This document shows positions 12,721 to 24,602 of a stretch of DNA of 64,000 bases, one piece after another. Within the stretch, counting starts at the first letter, position 1; every line of letters starts with the position of its first letter. Origin of the DNA: Eledone cirrhosa (lineage: Eukaryota). A program made the position numbers and the translations under genes. The DNA lies in the NCBI GenBank assembly GCA_964016885.1, contig OZ024741.1, positions 23,250,001 to 23,314,000 on the forward strand. Direction: 5' to 3'. A model generated the notes under the pieces. It was not told where the DNA came from and made no database searches. It saw only the letters and a program-made list of their open reading frames with translations.

Positions 12721-14017
12721 TGGAATATATCAAAGGAATATGTAAAAAAACCATGGGTCCCAAAAATCAGAGACAGAGAGGATGACTGACCAACTAGCTT
12801 CTCGGCCAGCCGCCCTCAAAGTGTTGGCACCAGAATCTACTAATGAATATCTGGTGAGGGGACGAAGGCTTATAATGCACTACCACCACTCCGTCAAAGA
12901 AGAAGGGGAAGAAAGAAAGAAAGGGAGAAAGAAGTGTAGTGTAAGGGTCATACTACATTCATGTTAGAAAATGTCGCAAAAAAATGCTACCCCAAAGAAT
13001 CTATAATGGGTGTCTCTATGGTCTAATGTGTGAACCGAAGATTGGAACGTTAAACTTAACATGCAACCTTCGACTTATGTGGTGGCTTTTTTCCCGGCTG
13101 CGCGCTCGGCACTAGGAAAGTTCAGCCTTCCTTGAGTGCTCGGAAAAATAAATTTCTCCTCTTTCGGTAAACGAAATTACTCGGAGCAGCTTGCTTTGCC
13201 CTGGTCCCACCGCGCCACCTGTTTTGGCTGCCACATTATACTTGTACCTACAAACTCCAGGTTTGGGCATGACTATTAGCTGTATCATGCCTCTACTGGC
13301 ACTTAAATAAACCCCTCATGTGGGATTTAATAGTATTTGTTTGGTATAGACGATGGCCTGTCGAAATTGGGGAGTTCCCGCTAGCACTCCCGGGGCCTAA
13401 GGTAGCTATATTCCTAGAGTACTCGGAAAAATTAATTTACATTTCTTTCGCTGGACGATACCACTCGAGACTGGCTGACTCATGGTGAAGGGTGTGCTGG
13501 CTGGGACTCCCAATCGAAATCTTTACTCTATATCCCATCCTAATATCTTATCGAGATAAATTTTTTCATATAAGACTCTCTCCGTAAGTTCATTAAATAA
13601 CTAAATCTCGCTACCTTAATCTTTAATTCTCTAATAATTTATTTTTCAATTTATCATTTTGCAATTTAATTTCATCCTCTAACTCGCAACATAAGTTTAA
13701 CGTTCCAATCTTCGGTTCACACATTAGACCATACAGACACCCATTATAGATTCTTTGGGGTAGCATTTTTTCGCTGCATTTTCTAGCATGAATGTAGTAT
13801 GACCCTTACACTACACTTCTTTCTCCCTTTCTTTCTTTCTGCCCCTTCTTCTTTGGTAGTGCATTATAAGCCTTCGTCCCCTCACCAGATATTCATGAGT
13901 AGATTCTGGTGCAAACACTTTGAGGGCGGCTGGCCGAGAAGCTAGTTGGTCAGTCGTCCTCTCTGTCTCTGATTTTTCGGACCCATGGTTTTTTACATAT
14001 TCCTTTGTTATATTCCA

Positions 14018-14075
14018 ATACCTGATGATATCACCGGATTCATATGGAACCCGGTCATTGAAATGATCATAGTAT
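14018..14075 (+). ncRNA. Type I hammerhead ribozyme
   Basis: AUAC-CUGAUGA-(ACCGG..CCGGU stem II)-GAAA-UGAUCA-UA-GUAU then AATAAA; stem III ATGATCAT palindrome. Confidence 0.82.
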
Positions 14076-14230
14076 AATAAACATTTCAAGGATTTACACC
14101 AGTCCAGCCTCCTGTTATTTTATTTCATTTATATATATGTGTGTTTATATATATATATATGTTTATATATATATATATATATGTTTATATATATATATGT
14201 GTGTGTTTATATATATATATATGTTTATAT

Positions 14231-15382
14231 TAATACAATAACAGAGAAAGTTTTACGCTAAACTCCGACTGGTAACCATCTCATTCAACAAACATTAGGT
14301 TATACGTTAGTATAAACCCAATTTAGTGTCTGCGGTGCTAACTATATGTATTTTGTGGAAAGCCAGTTGTATGATTTTATATGAGATATAATTAAAATTA
14401 AAATATATCTCTCTTTCCAAACAATTGTTTCATTATAAGTATTCTACAAGTTGGGAGAATATTTCCAGTTTATGTAGAAGCCTAATATATTTTCATATAA
14501 GAATACAATTAGGTGGGCACTTATAAATCGTCAGTGGAAGCCCATTAAACTTTGATATAAGAAAAATTTCTTACCGCAGTTAATTTTCGTGTCTGCTAAT
14601 TTGTCCCTTCACGCATCGAATGACCGCCAAATTTGAAATTCCAGCAGTCCTTTGGCTGAGGAAGTATCATAGCATCATGAAGCGGGAAAGGGAGACAATC
14701 ACGAGTCACAAGAAAAGAAAAATAATAAACACGTGGGTTAATTAGTTTTTTCAAAAACATTATCAATCCTTCGTGTTAAGAACTCAATTAATTTTTTTAA
14801 AATAAATGTATGCGTGTATTAATTACACACGCATATAGATATTTTCTTAGGCTAAAAACAGAGAAGTGATACCTGAATAACGAACAATATCTCACAACTG
14901 TAACAAATACGGAAAGTTACGCCTTAAAAGACATTTGGGAATGTAAATCTCTGGCCAAATTAAGAGTAAAATATTTAATACACGCGGGTTAATTAGTTAT
15001 TTCAAAACCAACATCAATTCCGCGTGTTAAGAACTCAATTAATTTAAAAAAATAAATGTATGCATGTAATTATTTACACACACATATAGATATTTTCTTA
15101 GGCTAAAAACAGAGAAGTGATAACCAAAAAACGAACAATATCTCATAACAGTAAGAAATACGGAAAGTCATGTGTATAAGGTACCTGGAAATAAAAATCT
15201 CTGGCCAAATCAAGAGTAAAATATTAATACAATAACAGAGAAACCTTTACGCTAAACTCCGACTGGTAACCATCTCACTCAACAAACATTAGGTTATACG
15301 TTAGTATAAACCCAATTTAGTGTCTGGGGTGCCAACTATATGTATTTTGTGGAAAGCCAGTTGTATTATTTTATATGAGATA
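14231..15382. repeat. Unclassified ~1-kb unit with ~158-bp terminal direct repeats and an internal ~250-bp tandem duplication
   Basis: 14231-14388 recurs at 15225-15382; ~14730-14975 recurs at ~14980-15222. Confidence 0.75.
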
Positions 15383-15752
15383 TTGGAGCTGTGATCTCTC
15401 AAATCTGTCCAGTGATTCTTTCCTGGGACATTCTAAACACATGTCCATAGTATCAGAGCTGTGATCTCTCAAATCTGTCCAGTGATTCTTTCCTGGGACA
15501 TTCTAAACACATGTCCATAGTATTGGAGCTGTGATCTCTCAAATCTGTCCAGTGATTCTTTCCTGGGACATTCTAAACACATGTCCATAGTATCGGAGCT
15601 GTGATCTCTCAAATCTGTCCAGTGATTCTTTCCTGGGACATTCTAAACACATGTCCATAGTATCGGAGCTGTGATCTCTCAAATCTGTCCAGTGATTCTT
15701 CCCTGGGACATTCTAAACACATGTCCATAGTATCGGAGCTGTGATCTCTCAA
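15381..15752. repeat. 70-bp minisatellite, ~5.3 copies
   Basis: Units start at 15381, 15451, 15521, 15591, 15661, 15731. Confidence 0.95.
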
Positions 15753-15975
15753 TTTGGAGAAGTATCGGTTCTACCTGGAGTGAACCTCTGGTCTCCGAGC
15801 AACACACTCTATCGAGTAACGTTACTCCAAAGACCTTTCGGAGGAATCCTATTTCGGCTGCTTGTATTCATGATCATATTCTTTCAGTCATTACTCAAGA
15901 TTCGTGTTCATAGGTAAGGGTTGGCACAAATGCTGAATTGAAGATAGTGAGATTGGTTTTTACACTTACTTCTCT
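15690..15975 (-). mobile_element. Decayed RTE (Expander-like) ORF fragment, source of the 70-bp unit
   Basis: Minus translation FVPTLTYEHES*VMTERI..IQAAEIGFLRKVFGVTLLDRV..VEPILLQIERSQLRYYGHVFRM. Confidence 0.8.
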
Positions 15976-16859
15976 TCCAGGGTTACTTATTCATCCGGCA
16001 GGAGCCTGGTTATATCGCAACTAACCATAATATCTGGTGACCGTATTGCTATCTGCCACCTGTGACCCATTCTACCAGGAAGTATTAGTATTGTATACAC
16101 AATTATCTTTAATACTGTATATTGTGCTGGCAGAACCTTTCTGGATGGATGCCCTTCCTATCACCAACCACTTTACAGCATGAGTTGGGTGCATTTTATG
16201 ATGGCACTAGCACCAGACATAGTTTAGTTCATTATGTGGATACCATGTCCAACAACCTCTCTAGTGCTGGAGCTATGAAAACTGCACCGATGACACTCTG
16301 TAAGGTGGTTGGTGATAGGAATGACATCTAACTGTAGAAACCATGCTAGGAAACCCTTCAGCTGTGTCAGGGGAATGACAACCTCTTGAGTATTGGTGAT
16401 CTACACAATAAATGTGCCCAGTACATTCTGTAAAATGGTAGGTGATAGGAAGAACATCTAACTAGAAAACTTGCCAAACATAGAGTCAGGAAAATTCAGC
16501 TGTATCAAAGTCATTCCAAACCCCTTAGTGCCATGAGAAAATGAACTCGGTAGAGCCAAAGAATGTATTTATGTGGCGTTTGGAGCATAACTTAAAAAGA
16601 TTTTACATAAAATTATGGGAAGGTATTTAGATAAATATAAACAATTCAAAACAAATAATTCTGTATGATAGAACCAGGGGTTGTTTTAGGTCGTTTGGTA
16701 TTAGAAGGGTTAATACTACTACCTGTTCCATGGGTAACTTTAGCAAATTCCACTCAGTTGCACGCATTTGGGCAAGGTACCCAATGTGAGGATACCTTCT
16801 GCACACCTGTCTTGAAGGCCTTGACAATAATGGGCACTGCTCTTCCTTTAAATCATTAA

Positions 16860-17033
16860 CCCTTCAGCATTTACATTACTCTATATTTACTACTGTATGT
16901 TCACAGAAAGGGCTTTACTTCACATAATTATTTCACATATCAAATCTATGAGATTTTGATATTATTTATTTTGAGAGTAATATCTTATCATAAGCATGAG
17001 TGACGGGATATGGCCGGTTTAAATGCTAAAGAG
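16860..17033. mobile_element. piggyBac-like MITE
   Basis: TTAA|CCCTTCAGCATTT...AAATGCTAAAGAG; same family as 26549 and 53751. Confidence 0.7.
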
Positions 17034-17624
17034 TTTTACAAAAAGAAAGGCAAAACAAAATGGCCATCTGTACCCACCATAAAGGTTATAAAACCAGTGT
17101 TTGGATCATCATCATCATCACCATTTTATGTCTGTTTTCCCATGCAGGGATTGGTTGGACAGGTTCTTACAGACCAAGTTTTTATTGAATGCATTCCTTT
17201 TTGTCACAAGGTTTCTTTGGCTGGATGCCTTTCCTAATGTTAACCCTTTTACAAAGTGCACTAGGTGAATGTTATTGTGTCACCAGCACTTGAGGGGTGT
17301 TTATGTCCTTGACATGATATGACTGGAGTACTCTACCTTTTTGACATAAATTTTATAGCTGGATGCCAACCATTTTGCAGAGTGTCCTTGGTGTATTTTA
17401 TTGTGGCACCAGTGCAATGGATCTTGTCATGTCCATGATGTAATCCGACTGAGGAATCTTCTCTACCCTTTTTGCAAAATTTCTATAGCTGTATGCCCTT
17501 CTTACTGCCAGCCACTTTGCAGAGAGTACTGTGTATATTGTATTGTGCGTGTGAACTACATATTTTTATGTATTGCCTCTTTCTTTTCTTTTGAAAACCT
17601 ATTATATTTTTATTATTATTACAG

Positions 17625-17788
17625 ATTGCCAGAAATACCACCAGACACAGCTGAAACTAATGCTGTGATGAGGTTTAAAGAACTCCCTAAATTTGGTTCC
17701 ATAACACCAAATGATGTTGTCTTAGGTGCTGCTAAACTTGCTATTGAATTTGAAACTAAATTAGGAAACCATCTAGAAGAGTTAAAAG
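17625..17788 (+). CDS. Oligopeptidase A-like (M3A metallopeptidase) N-terminal coding exon
   Basis: cag|..G|gtttgt; LPEIPPDTAETNAVMRFKELPKFGSITPNDVVLGAAKLAIEFETKLGNHLEELK resembles the OpdA/PrlC N-terminus as recalled (NPLL..LPxF..I.PE.V); ends in phase 1. Confidence 0.75.
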
Positions 17789-17881
17789 GTTTGTACCATA
17801 GATTTCTTCAGTCTTTTTACTCCCTACTTATATCATCATTATCATCATCATCAGCATCTTCATTATCATCATCATTATTAT

Positions 17882-18269
17882 GGAAGCACATGGTTTAGTG
17901 GTTAGAGCATTGGCCTTGCAATCGAAAGGTTGTGAGTTCAATTCTCAGACCGGGTGATGTGTTGTTTCCTTGAGCAAGACACTTTACTTCACATTGCTCC
18001 AGTTTACTCAGCTGTAGAAATGAAATGATAGGGACTGGGGTCCATATCATTCCACTGCAAAGTGGTCGTGGAGGTGCCACTGCAAAAAAGCACCCAGCCC
18101 ACACTGTAAAGTGGACGTGTAGGCGCCACGGCAAAAAAGCACCCAGCACTCTCTGTAAATGAGGTTGGTGTTAGGAAGGGCATCCAGCTGTAGAAATCAT
18201 GCCAGAATCAGTTCCTGTCCTTCCCTTGCAAGCAGGGAAAAGCGGACGTAAAATGATGATGATGATGAT
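17882..18269 (+). mobile_element. Full tRNA-derived CORE-like SINE with RTE 3' tail
   Basis: A box TGGTTTAGTGG, B box GAGTTCAATTC, CORE-like CCTTGAGCAAGACACTT..CAGTTTACTCAGCTGTAGAAATG, tail shared with RTE 59490-59630, (GAT)n. Confidence 0.88.
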
Positions 18270-18567
18270 TACCATCATATGTTCATGCCGGCACAGACTT
18301 TTTTCCTGTACACTGCATCTGATTGCTCTTATGCCCAGTTTTTCTCTTAGTTAATCAATACTTTGTTGTTCAAGCACACTGACACACATCCAGGGGAGCT
18401 TTAAAAAATATGTATTTCATGGTTCTCTACAAATTTCCACCAATTTTGTCATTTTCAAAATAACTAGAATTTCCTCAAGTAACCCATGGAAAGATGGACA
18501 TTAAACGATGATGATGATGATGACTGCCAGTTTGATATTGACCATTCTATTTCTCTGTTTTTTTTAG

Positions 18568-18707
18568 ATCCTCAGCAGGAGAAAACATTTGAGAATGTCT
18601 TCAATCCAATTGAAGAAATCTCAGTTCCATTGAACTATGCTTGGCGCCTTGGTAAACATCTCAGTTACATTAAAGGAGATCAGAAGTTTAAGGACTCTTT
18701 TCAGAGG
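18568..18707 (+). CDS. Oligopeptidase A-like next coding exon
   Basis: Polypyrimidine tract plus ag|AT completes G|AT=Asp; DPQQEKTFENVFNPIEEISVPLNYAWRLGKHLSYIKGDQKFKDSFQR|gtatgt resembles OpdA TWENL..PL...L...SHLNSVK. Confidence 0.8.
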
Positions 18708-18789
18708 GTATGTAGATAGATATACAATTACTTTCTACTCTCTCTCTCTTTCTCTCTCTCTCCTTTATATATATATATATATGTATATA

Positions 18790-21362
18790 TGTACCCACAA
18801 CAACTGACAATAAAGAAACTGAAAAACTCTGGGAAACTAAATCAGAACAACCTGCCATCCCCTGCACATAATCATAGACTGGAATCAAGGTACAAATTGT
18901 TGTCCTTGAATGCACGTAGTCTATGCAATAAGATTCATCTTTTTGACTCCTACGTCAAAAGTATCAACCCTGACTTCATTACAGTCACGGAAACTTGGGC
19001 ACATCCCTTACTCTGTGATGGGGTTTTCAGCATGACTGGCTACAACCTGTTTCGTAAAGACCGCATTAATCGTGGTGGTGGTGGTGTAATGGTCTACATT
19101 TGGTCAAGTTTGTCGGCAATTCCTTGTGTTGATTTGAACCAATCACAGCAGGAAGTTTTTTCTGCGATACACGTATAACCATGTCAACACTGCTACTTGG
19201 AGTCGTTTACCGTCCCCCAAATAACCATCAGGACACTCAGCTTTGTGATATCATCAGAGCTGCTGCCAGGAAAACAGCCACTTATGTTTTCATTGCAGGA
19301 GACTTCAATCACCCTGAGATTGACTGGAAACCTTTCGTTGGCCGCCAAGGGCAAATGACTTCCTTGAGCTAGTGCTGGACTCGAATTGGTCCCAAGTAGT
19401 CACCTCCCCAACAAGAGGTGACAACACTTTGGACCTACTCTTCACCACTACTCCTGAAACAGTCATTAGTGTTACTGTTGAGGAACCTTTAGGTGACTCT
19501 GATCATGCTATGATCATTGCCAATCTATCCCTCATAGGCAGTAACAAGAACCACAACAATCTCCAAACTGCTCACTTTGACTGGAATAAAGCAGACTGGA
19601 ACTGTTACTGCACCGAGTTGCAACGGCCAAACTGGCTTGAGTTCTACGGCTCTGGAGATGTCAACACTGTACTCCAGAACATCCTGAGCTCAATATGGAC
19701 AGCATGTGCAGCATCGGTGCCACGTAAGCGGAAAAAACATCCCAAAAGCGCAATTTGGGAGACTGCAGCAGTCCGTCTTGCCAGAAAAGAACGGTGCAAT
19801 GCTGAATGTGAGTACAAACTTCACAAATTAGACATTAATAGGAAGAGGCGAAATACATCGTCCAACCACCTCAAACAGGTGACAAAAAAGGCAGTGCTTT
19901 AATTTGAGCAGCGCATAGCAACCAGCCCTGACAGTAAGGCGTTCTGGAAGTATGTTCACTCAAAGCAGAGGCCTCACTCTCCAGTTGGTCCTCTTCACAA
20001 TCCCCACACAAGCCAGGTTACTGACGACCCCAAGGAATACGCAGAGCTCATTGCTGAATGCTATGCAGGCATTGTCACTATTGAAGACCAGAGTGTACCA
20101 TCTCCACCACCTATGACACCGGACTCTATTACAACCATGGAATTTACATCTGCAATGCTGCGACGTCACCTAAAAAATAAACGCAACCATGCCTCTCCTG
20201 GTCTTGATGGTGTTACGTACCTGCTTCTTAAACGTGGTGAGTACTTCCTTCTGCACCAGTTATCACGCTTCTTCCAATTCTGTCTGAACAACGGTGCTAC
20301 TCCAGAACAGTGGAAAACTGCCAGTGTCATTCCTCTGTTCAAAAAGGGTGACCGCACATCACCTGTGAACTATCGTCCAGTCAGTCTTACTAGTTGCATT
20401 GCCAAACTGATGGAATCCTGTGTCAGAGAAACACTTTGGAACTTCTGGAACTCTCACAGTCTTATCCGGCCCTCGCAATTTGGATTTATCCCCAAATCCA
20501 GCTGCTGTGATCAACTTATCGAGTTTCTTGAAGACATCGCCCGGATCACTGATGGCGGCTCATGGGTGGATGTTGTTTACCTTGACTTTGCGAAAGCTTT
20601 CAATTCTGTGCCACACAAAAGGCTTATGGCAAAACTCTCTGCAATGGGTGTGAACAATGATCTTTTTAACTGTTGAAGTCCTTCATTCTCAGTCGAAGAG
20701 AGGTAGTCACGGTTCTGGGACAGCATTCCTCACCATATGAGATGTCATCTGGTGTACCACAGGGATCTGTTCTTGGCCTCCTTTTGTTTGTGGCATATAT
20801 TAATGAACCTCTGGAACCTCTATCTTGCTCAGAACATTGACCGTGTGGAAACTGTTCAGAGACGTGCAACCAAGCGAATACCCTCCATCAGGCATCTACC
20901 ATACTCTGAGCGCCTTGATTCCCTGGGCATGGATACATTGAAGCTCCGACGCCTGGCAACTGACTTGGTAAACATCCACAAAATTGTTAACCATCTTGCC
21001 AACAACAACCCTGAGTACCTTTTTGATTTCATGTGTCTAACACACATAGGCATGCCCACAAAGTCAGAAAACAGTATAGTTCCTATGACTTTCGGAAACA
21101 TTTTTTCACGCTCAGAGTTGCTGAAGCGTGGAACAAACTACCTGCGTCAGTTGTTAGCTGTCGAGACACTGCATCCTTTAAGGCCTCCATGCTTCCCGAG
21201 ATTCGCCAACACTACACCTAATATTCCCCCTCCATACACATACACACATGTATATCATGACTCATACACTATTCACTTCATTTGTGTATTATTCTATGCA
21301 CCTTTGACGAGTTGTAGTGCACCTGAGCACTTTACACAATAATTTCATTATTATTATTATTA
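18790..21362 (+). mobile_element. CR1 LINE copy, frameshifted, with deletion of the YADD region at ~20806
   Basis: Collinear with 7190-10330; jumps from AYIN(D) to WNLYLAQNID. Confidence 0.92.
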
Positions 21363-21565
21363 TCAAACTTTAATCTCTTATTTTAATAAATTTGCTCTAC
21401 AGTTCTTATATATTTGATATATATTTTTCCTTATCGAGCCCTCTTTGGATTTTAGTCTTCAAATTTATTATTATTACTATATATATATATATGTTTATAT
21501 ATATATATATGTTTATATATATATATATATGTTTATATATATATATATGTTTATATATAAATGTT

Positions 21566-21855
21566 TCATCATCATCATTTCAGTTTACGTCCGCTTTTTC
21601 CCTGCTTGCAAGGGTGGGACGGGAACTGATTCTGGCTTGATTTCTACAGCTGGATGCCCTTCCTAACACCAACCTCATTTACAGTGAGTGCTGGCACCTC
21701 CACGACCACTTTGCAGTGGAGTAAACTACAGCTGAGTAAACTGGAGAAAATGTGAAATAAAGTGTCTTGCTCAAGGAAACAACACATCACCCAGTCTGAG
21801 AATTGAACTCACAACCTTTCGATTGCAAGGCCAATGCTCTAACCACTAAGCCTCC
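21566..21855 (-). mobile_element. CORE-like SINE
   Basis: Reverse-strand copy of 17882-18269. Confidence 0.85.
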
Positions 21856-22041
21856 ACTATATATATATATATATGTTTATAAATTGGAATAAATGCTCTG
21901 AAATAGCGATATATATGTGAATATAGACATAGAATATTCGAAAATATTCTGTATGTTTATAATAAACATTTTGAAGACCTAATCGCTATAGAATAGAATA
22001 CGTCACGTATTACAATTAGATTCTCGATAAAAGCAAGGGAA

Positions 22042-22084
22042 GTAATCTACGCGTTTCATTCTTGTTAGAAATCATCAGGACTAC
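22042..22084 (-). ncRNA. Minimal type I hammerhead, copy 1
   Basis: Reverse complement of 22632-22674. Confidence 0.88.
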
Positions 22085-22351
22085 ATATCCAGTGCTTTTA
22101 TCGAGAATGACACAGCTAGAGACTTATAGAATACTTAGCTGTGTACAGGAACTGGTTTGAAAGAGCGGTTGCCGGTCCGGCAGAAATTAGAAATTGGAAT
22201 AAATGCTCTGAAATAGCGATATATATGTGAATATAGACATAGAATATTCGAAAATATTCTGTATGTTTATAATAAACATTTTGAAGACCTAATCGCTATA
22301 GAATAGAATACGTCACGTATTACAATTAGATTCTCGATAAAAGCAAGGGAA

Positions 22352-22394
22352 GTAATCTACGCGTTTCATTCTTGTTAGAAATCATCAGGACTAC
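22352..22394 (-). ncRNA. Minimal type I hammerhead, copy 2
   Basis: Reverse complement of 22632-22674. Confidence 0.88.
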
Positions 22395-22631
22395 ATATCC
22401 AGTGCTTTTATCGAGAATGACACAGCTAGAGACTTATAGAATACTTAGCTGTGTACAGGAACTGGTTTGAAAGAGCGGTTGCCGGTCCGGCAGAAATTGG
22501 AATAAATGCTTATTTATTCCAATTTCTAATTTCTGCCGGACCGGCAACCGCTCTTTCAAACCAGTTCGTGTACACAGCTAAGTATTCTATAAGTCTCTAG
22601 CTGTGTCATTCTCGATAAAAGCACTGGATAT

Positions 22632-22674
22632 GTAGTCCTGATGATTTCTAACAAGAATGAAACGCGTAGATTAC
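22632..22674 (+). ncRNA. Minimal type I hammerhead, copy 3
   Basis: GUAGUC-CUGAUGA-uUUCU aaca AGAAu-GAAA-CGCG-UA-GAUUAC; stem I extended by TTCTCGATAAAAGCA/TGCTTTTATCGAGAA. Confidence 0.9.
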
Positions 22675-22941
22675 TTCCCTTGCTTTTATCGAGAATCTAA
22701 TTGTAATACGTGACGTATTCTATTCTATAGCGATTAGGTCTTCAAAATGTTTATTATAAACATACAGAATATTTTCGAATATTCTATGTCTATATTCACA
22801 TATATATCGCTATTTCAGAGCATTTATTCCAATTTCTAATTTCTGCCGGACCGGCAACCGCTCTTTCAAACCAGTTCCTGTACACAGCTAAGTATTCTAT
22901 AAGTCTCTAGCTGTGTCATTCTCGATAAAAGCACTGGATAT

Positions 22942-22984
22942 GTAGTCCTGATGATTTCTAACAAGAATGAAACGCGTAGATTAC
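22942..22984 (+). ncRNA. Minimal type I hammerhead, copy 4
   Basis: Identical to copy 3, 310 bp downstream. Confidence 0.9.
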
Positions 22985-23611
22985 TTCCCTTGCTTTTATC
23001 GAGAATCTAATTGTAATACGTGACGTATTCTATTCTATAGCGATTAGGTCTTCAAAATGTTTATTATAAACATACAGAATATTTTCGAATATTCTATGTC
23101 TATATTCACATATATGTTTATATATATATGTTTATATGTATAAATGTTTATATATATATATATGTTTATATATATATGTTTATATATATATCTATGTTTA
23201 TATATATATGTTTATATATATAAATGTTTATATATATATATATATGTTTACATATATATGTTTATATATATATGTTTATATATATATCTTTATATATATA
23301 TATGTGTTTATATATATATATGTTTATATATATATATGTTTATATGTTTATATATATGAATGTTTATATATATGAATGTTTATATATATAAATGTTTATA
23401 TATATAAATGTTTATATATATAAATGTTTATATATATAAATGTTTATATATATATATCTTTATATATATATATATGTTTATATATATAAATGTTTATATA
23501 TATATCTTTATATATATATGTTTATATATATATATGTTTATATATATATGTTTATATATATATATCTTTATATATATATGTTTATATATATATATATGTT
23601 TATATATATAT

Positions 23612-24282
23612 ATATACGTGAACGGCAAAGCATAAACGAACTAAGGAAAAAATTAGAGATAAGAGGGATCAGATGTTGTTTACTCGAGAGAAGGCTGCGT
23701 TGGTATGGACACGTGATGCGCATGAAAGTCGATAGCTGTATTACAAAGTGCAGGGCAATAAAGATAGACGGTAGCCACGGAATAGGCAGACCTAGAAAAA
23801 CATGGGATGAGCTGATAAACTCCGACCTCACACACTTACACCTCTCCAAGACAATGTCACTGGACCGTGACCTTTGGCGGTACTCAGTAACAGAGAAGAC
23901 CCGCCTTGCCAGTAGGCATCTCTAACAAAATACACCCCTCCCGCCGCCACCCCCACCCCATCCACACCACCCCGTTCTATGTAAAGTTATGTTGGTGCCG
24001 CGCCATCCAGGCCGAAACAAATGAGATCGTGTAGGTGTCACGACAAAAAAACACACAGTCCACGCTGTAATGTGGCCGTGTAGGCAACACGGTAAAAACC
24101 TCCCAGACCCACACTGTAAATGTGGTTGGTGTTAGGAAGGGCATCCAACTGTAGAAAACCTGCCAGACAGTCCTATGCGAGCAAGACAATCACTCTTGCC
24201 TCAAGTGGGACTACCCCCGTCCAAACCCATGCAAGCGTGGAACACGGACGTTAAACGTTGATGATGATGATGATGATGATGA
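23612..24282 (+). mobile_element. RTE LINE 3' fragment
   Basis: [18 protein letters not shown]...; nearly identical to the 3' part of 43751-44988; (GAT)n tail. Confidence 0.92.
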
Positions 24283-24383
24283 TATATATATCTTTATATA
24301 TATCTTTATATATATATATGTTTATTTATATATGTTTATATATATATATATGTTTATATATATATATATCTTTATATATATAT

Positions 24384-24417
<34 letters not shown>

Positions 24418-24420
<3 letters not shown>

Positions 24421-24568
24421 GAGGTTATATTTAATTTGTTGGGATTCAACAAGCTTTAAAATGTTTATAACTGATATAAAGCACTCAACAGTTTAGTGGA
24501 GTAAATATTCAATATATTAATAAATGGAAACTATATTTATCACTATAGTTTCCATTTATTAATATATT
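24418..24568. repeat. Short dispersed repeat ending in a perfect 25-bp-arm hairpin
   Basis: 24511-24535 is the inverse of 24544-24568; related sequence on the opposite strand at ~617-723. Confidence 0.7.
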
Positions 24569-24602
24569 ATATATAAGTATGTATATTATATATAAGTATG
24601 TA

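Larger units (their letters stand above)
12595..14145. mobile_element. Fold-back element with ~460-bp inverted arms, each with a hammerhead motif; Penelope-like
   Basis: 12595-13058 is the inverse of 13692-14145; ~630-bp spacer; flanked by (TA)n. Confidence 0.8.
21881..23115. mobile_element. Palindrome of four 310-bp hammerhead-bearing monomers (2 minus then 2 plus); retrozyme/pLTR-like
   Basis: Period 310 (21883/22193; 22632/22942); symmetry centre ~22509; near-identical units; no ORF; (TA)n flanks. Confidence 0.9.

Noticed and set aside
14653-14690. Hammerhead candidate CTGAGGA...GAAG
   Set aside because: No GAAA, and stems I-III do not form
17888-17955. tRNA gene
   Set aside because: Head of a SINE; no complete acceptor stem and it continues into core and tail
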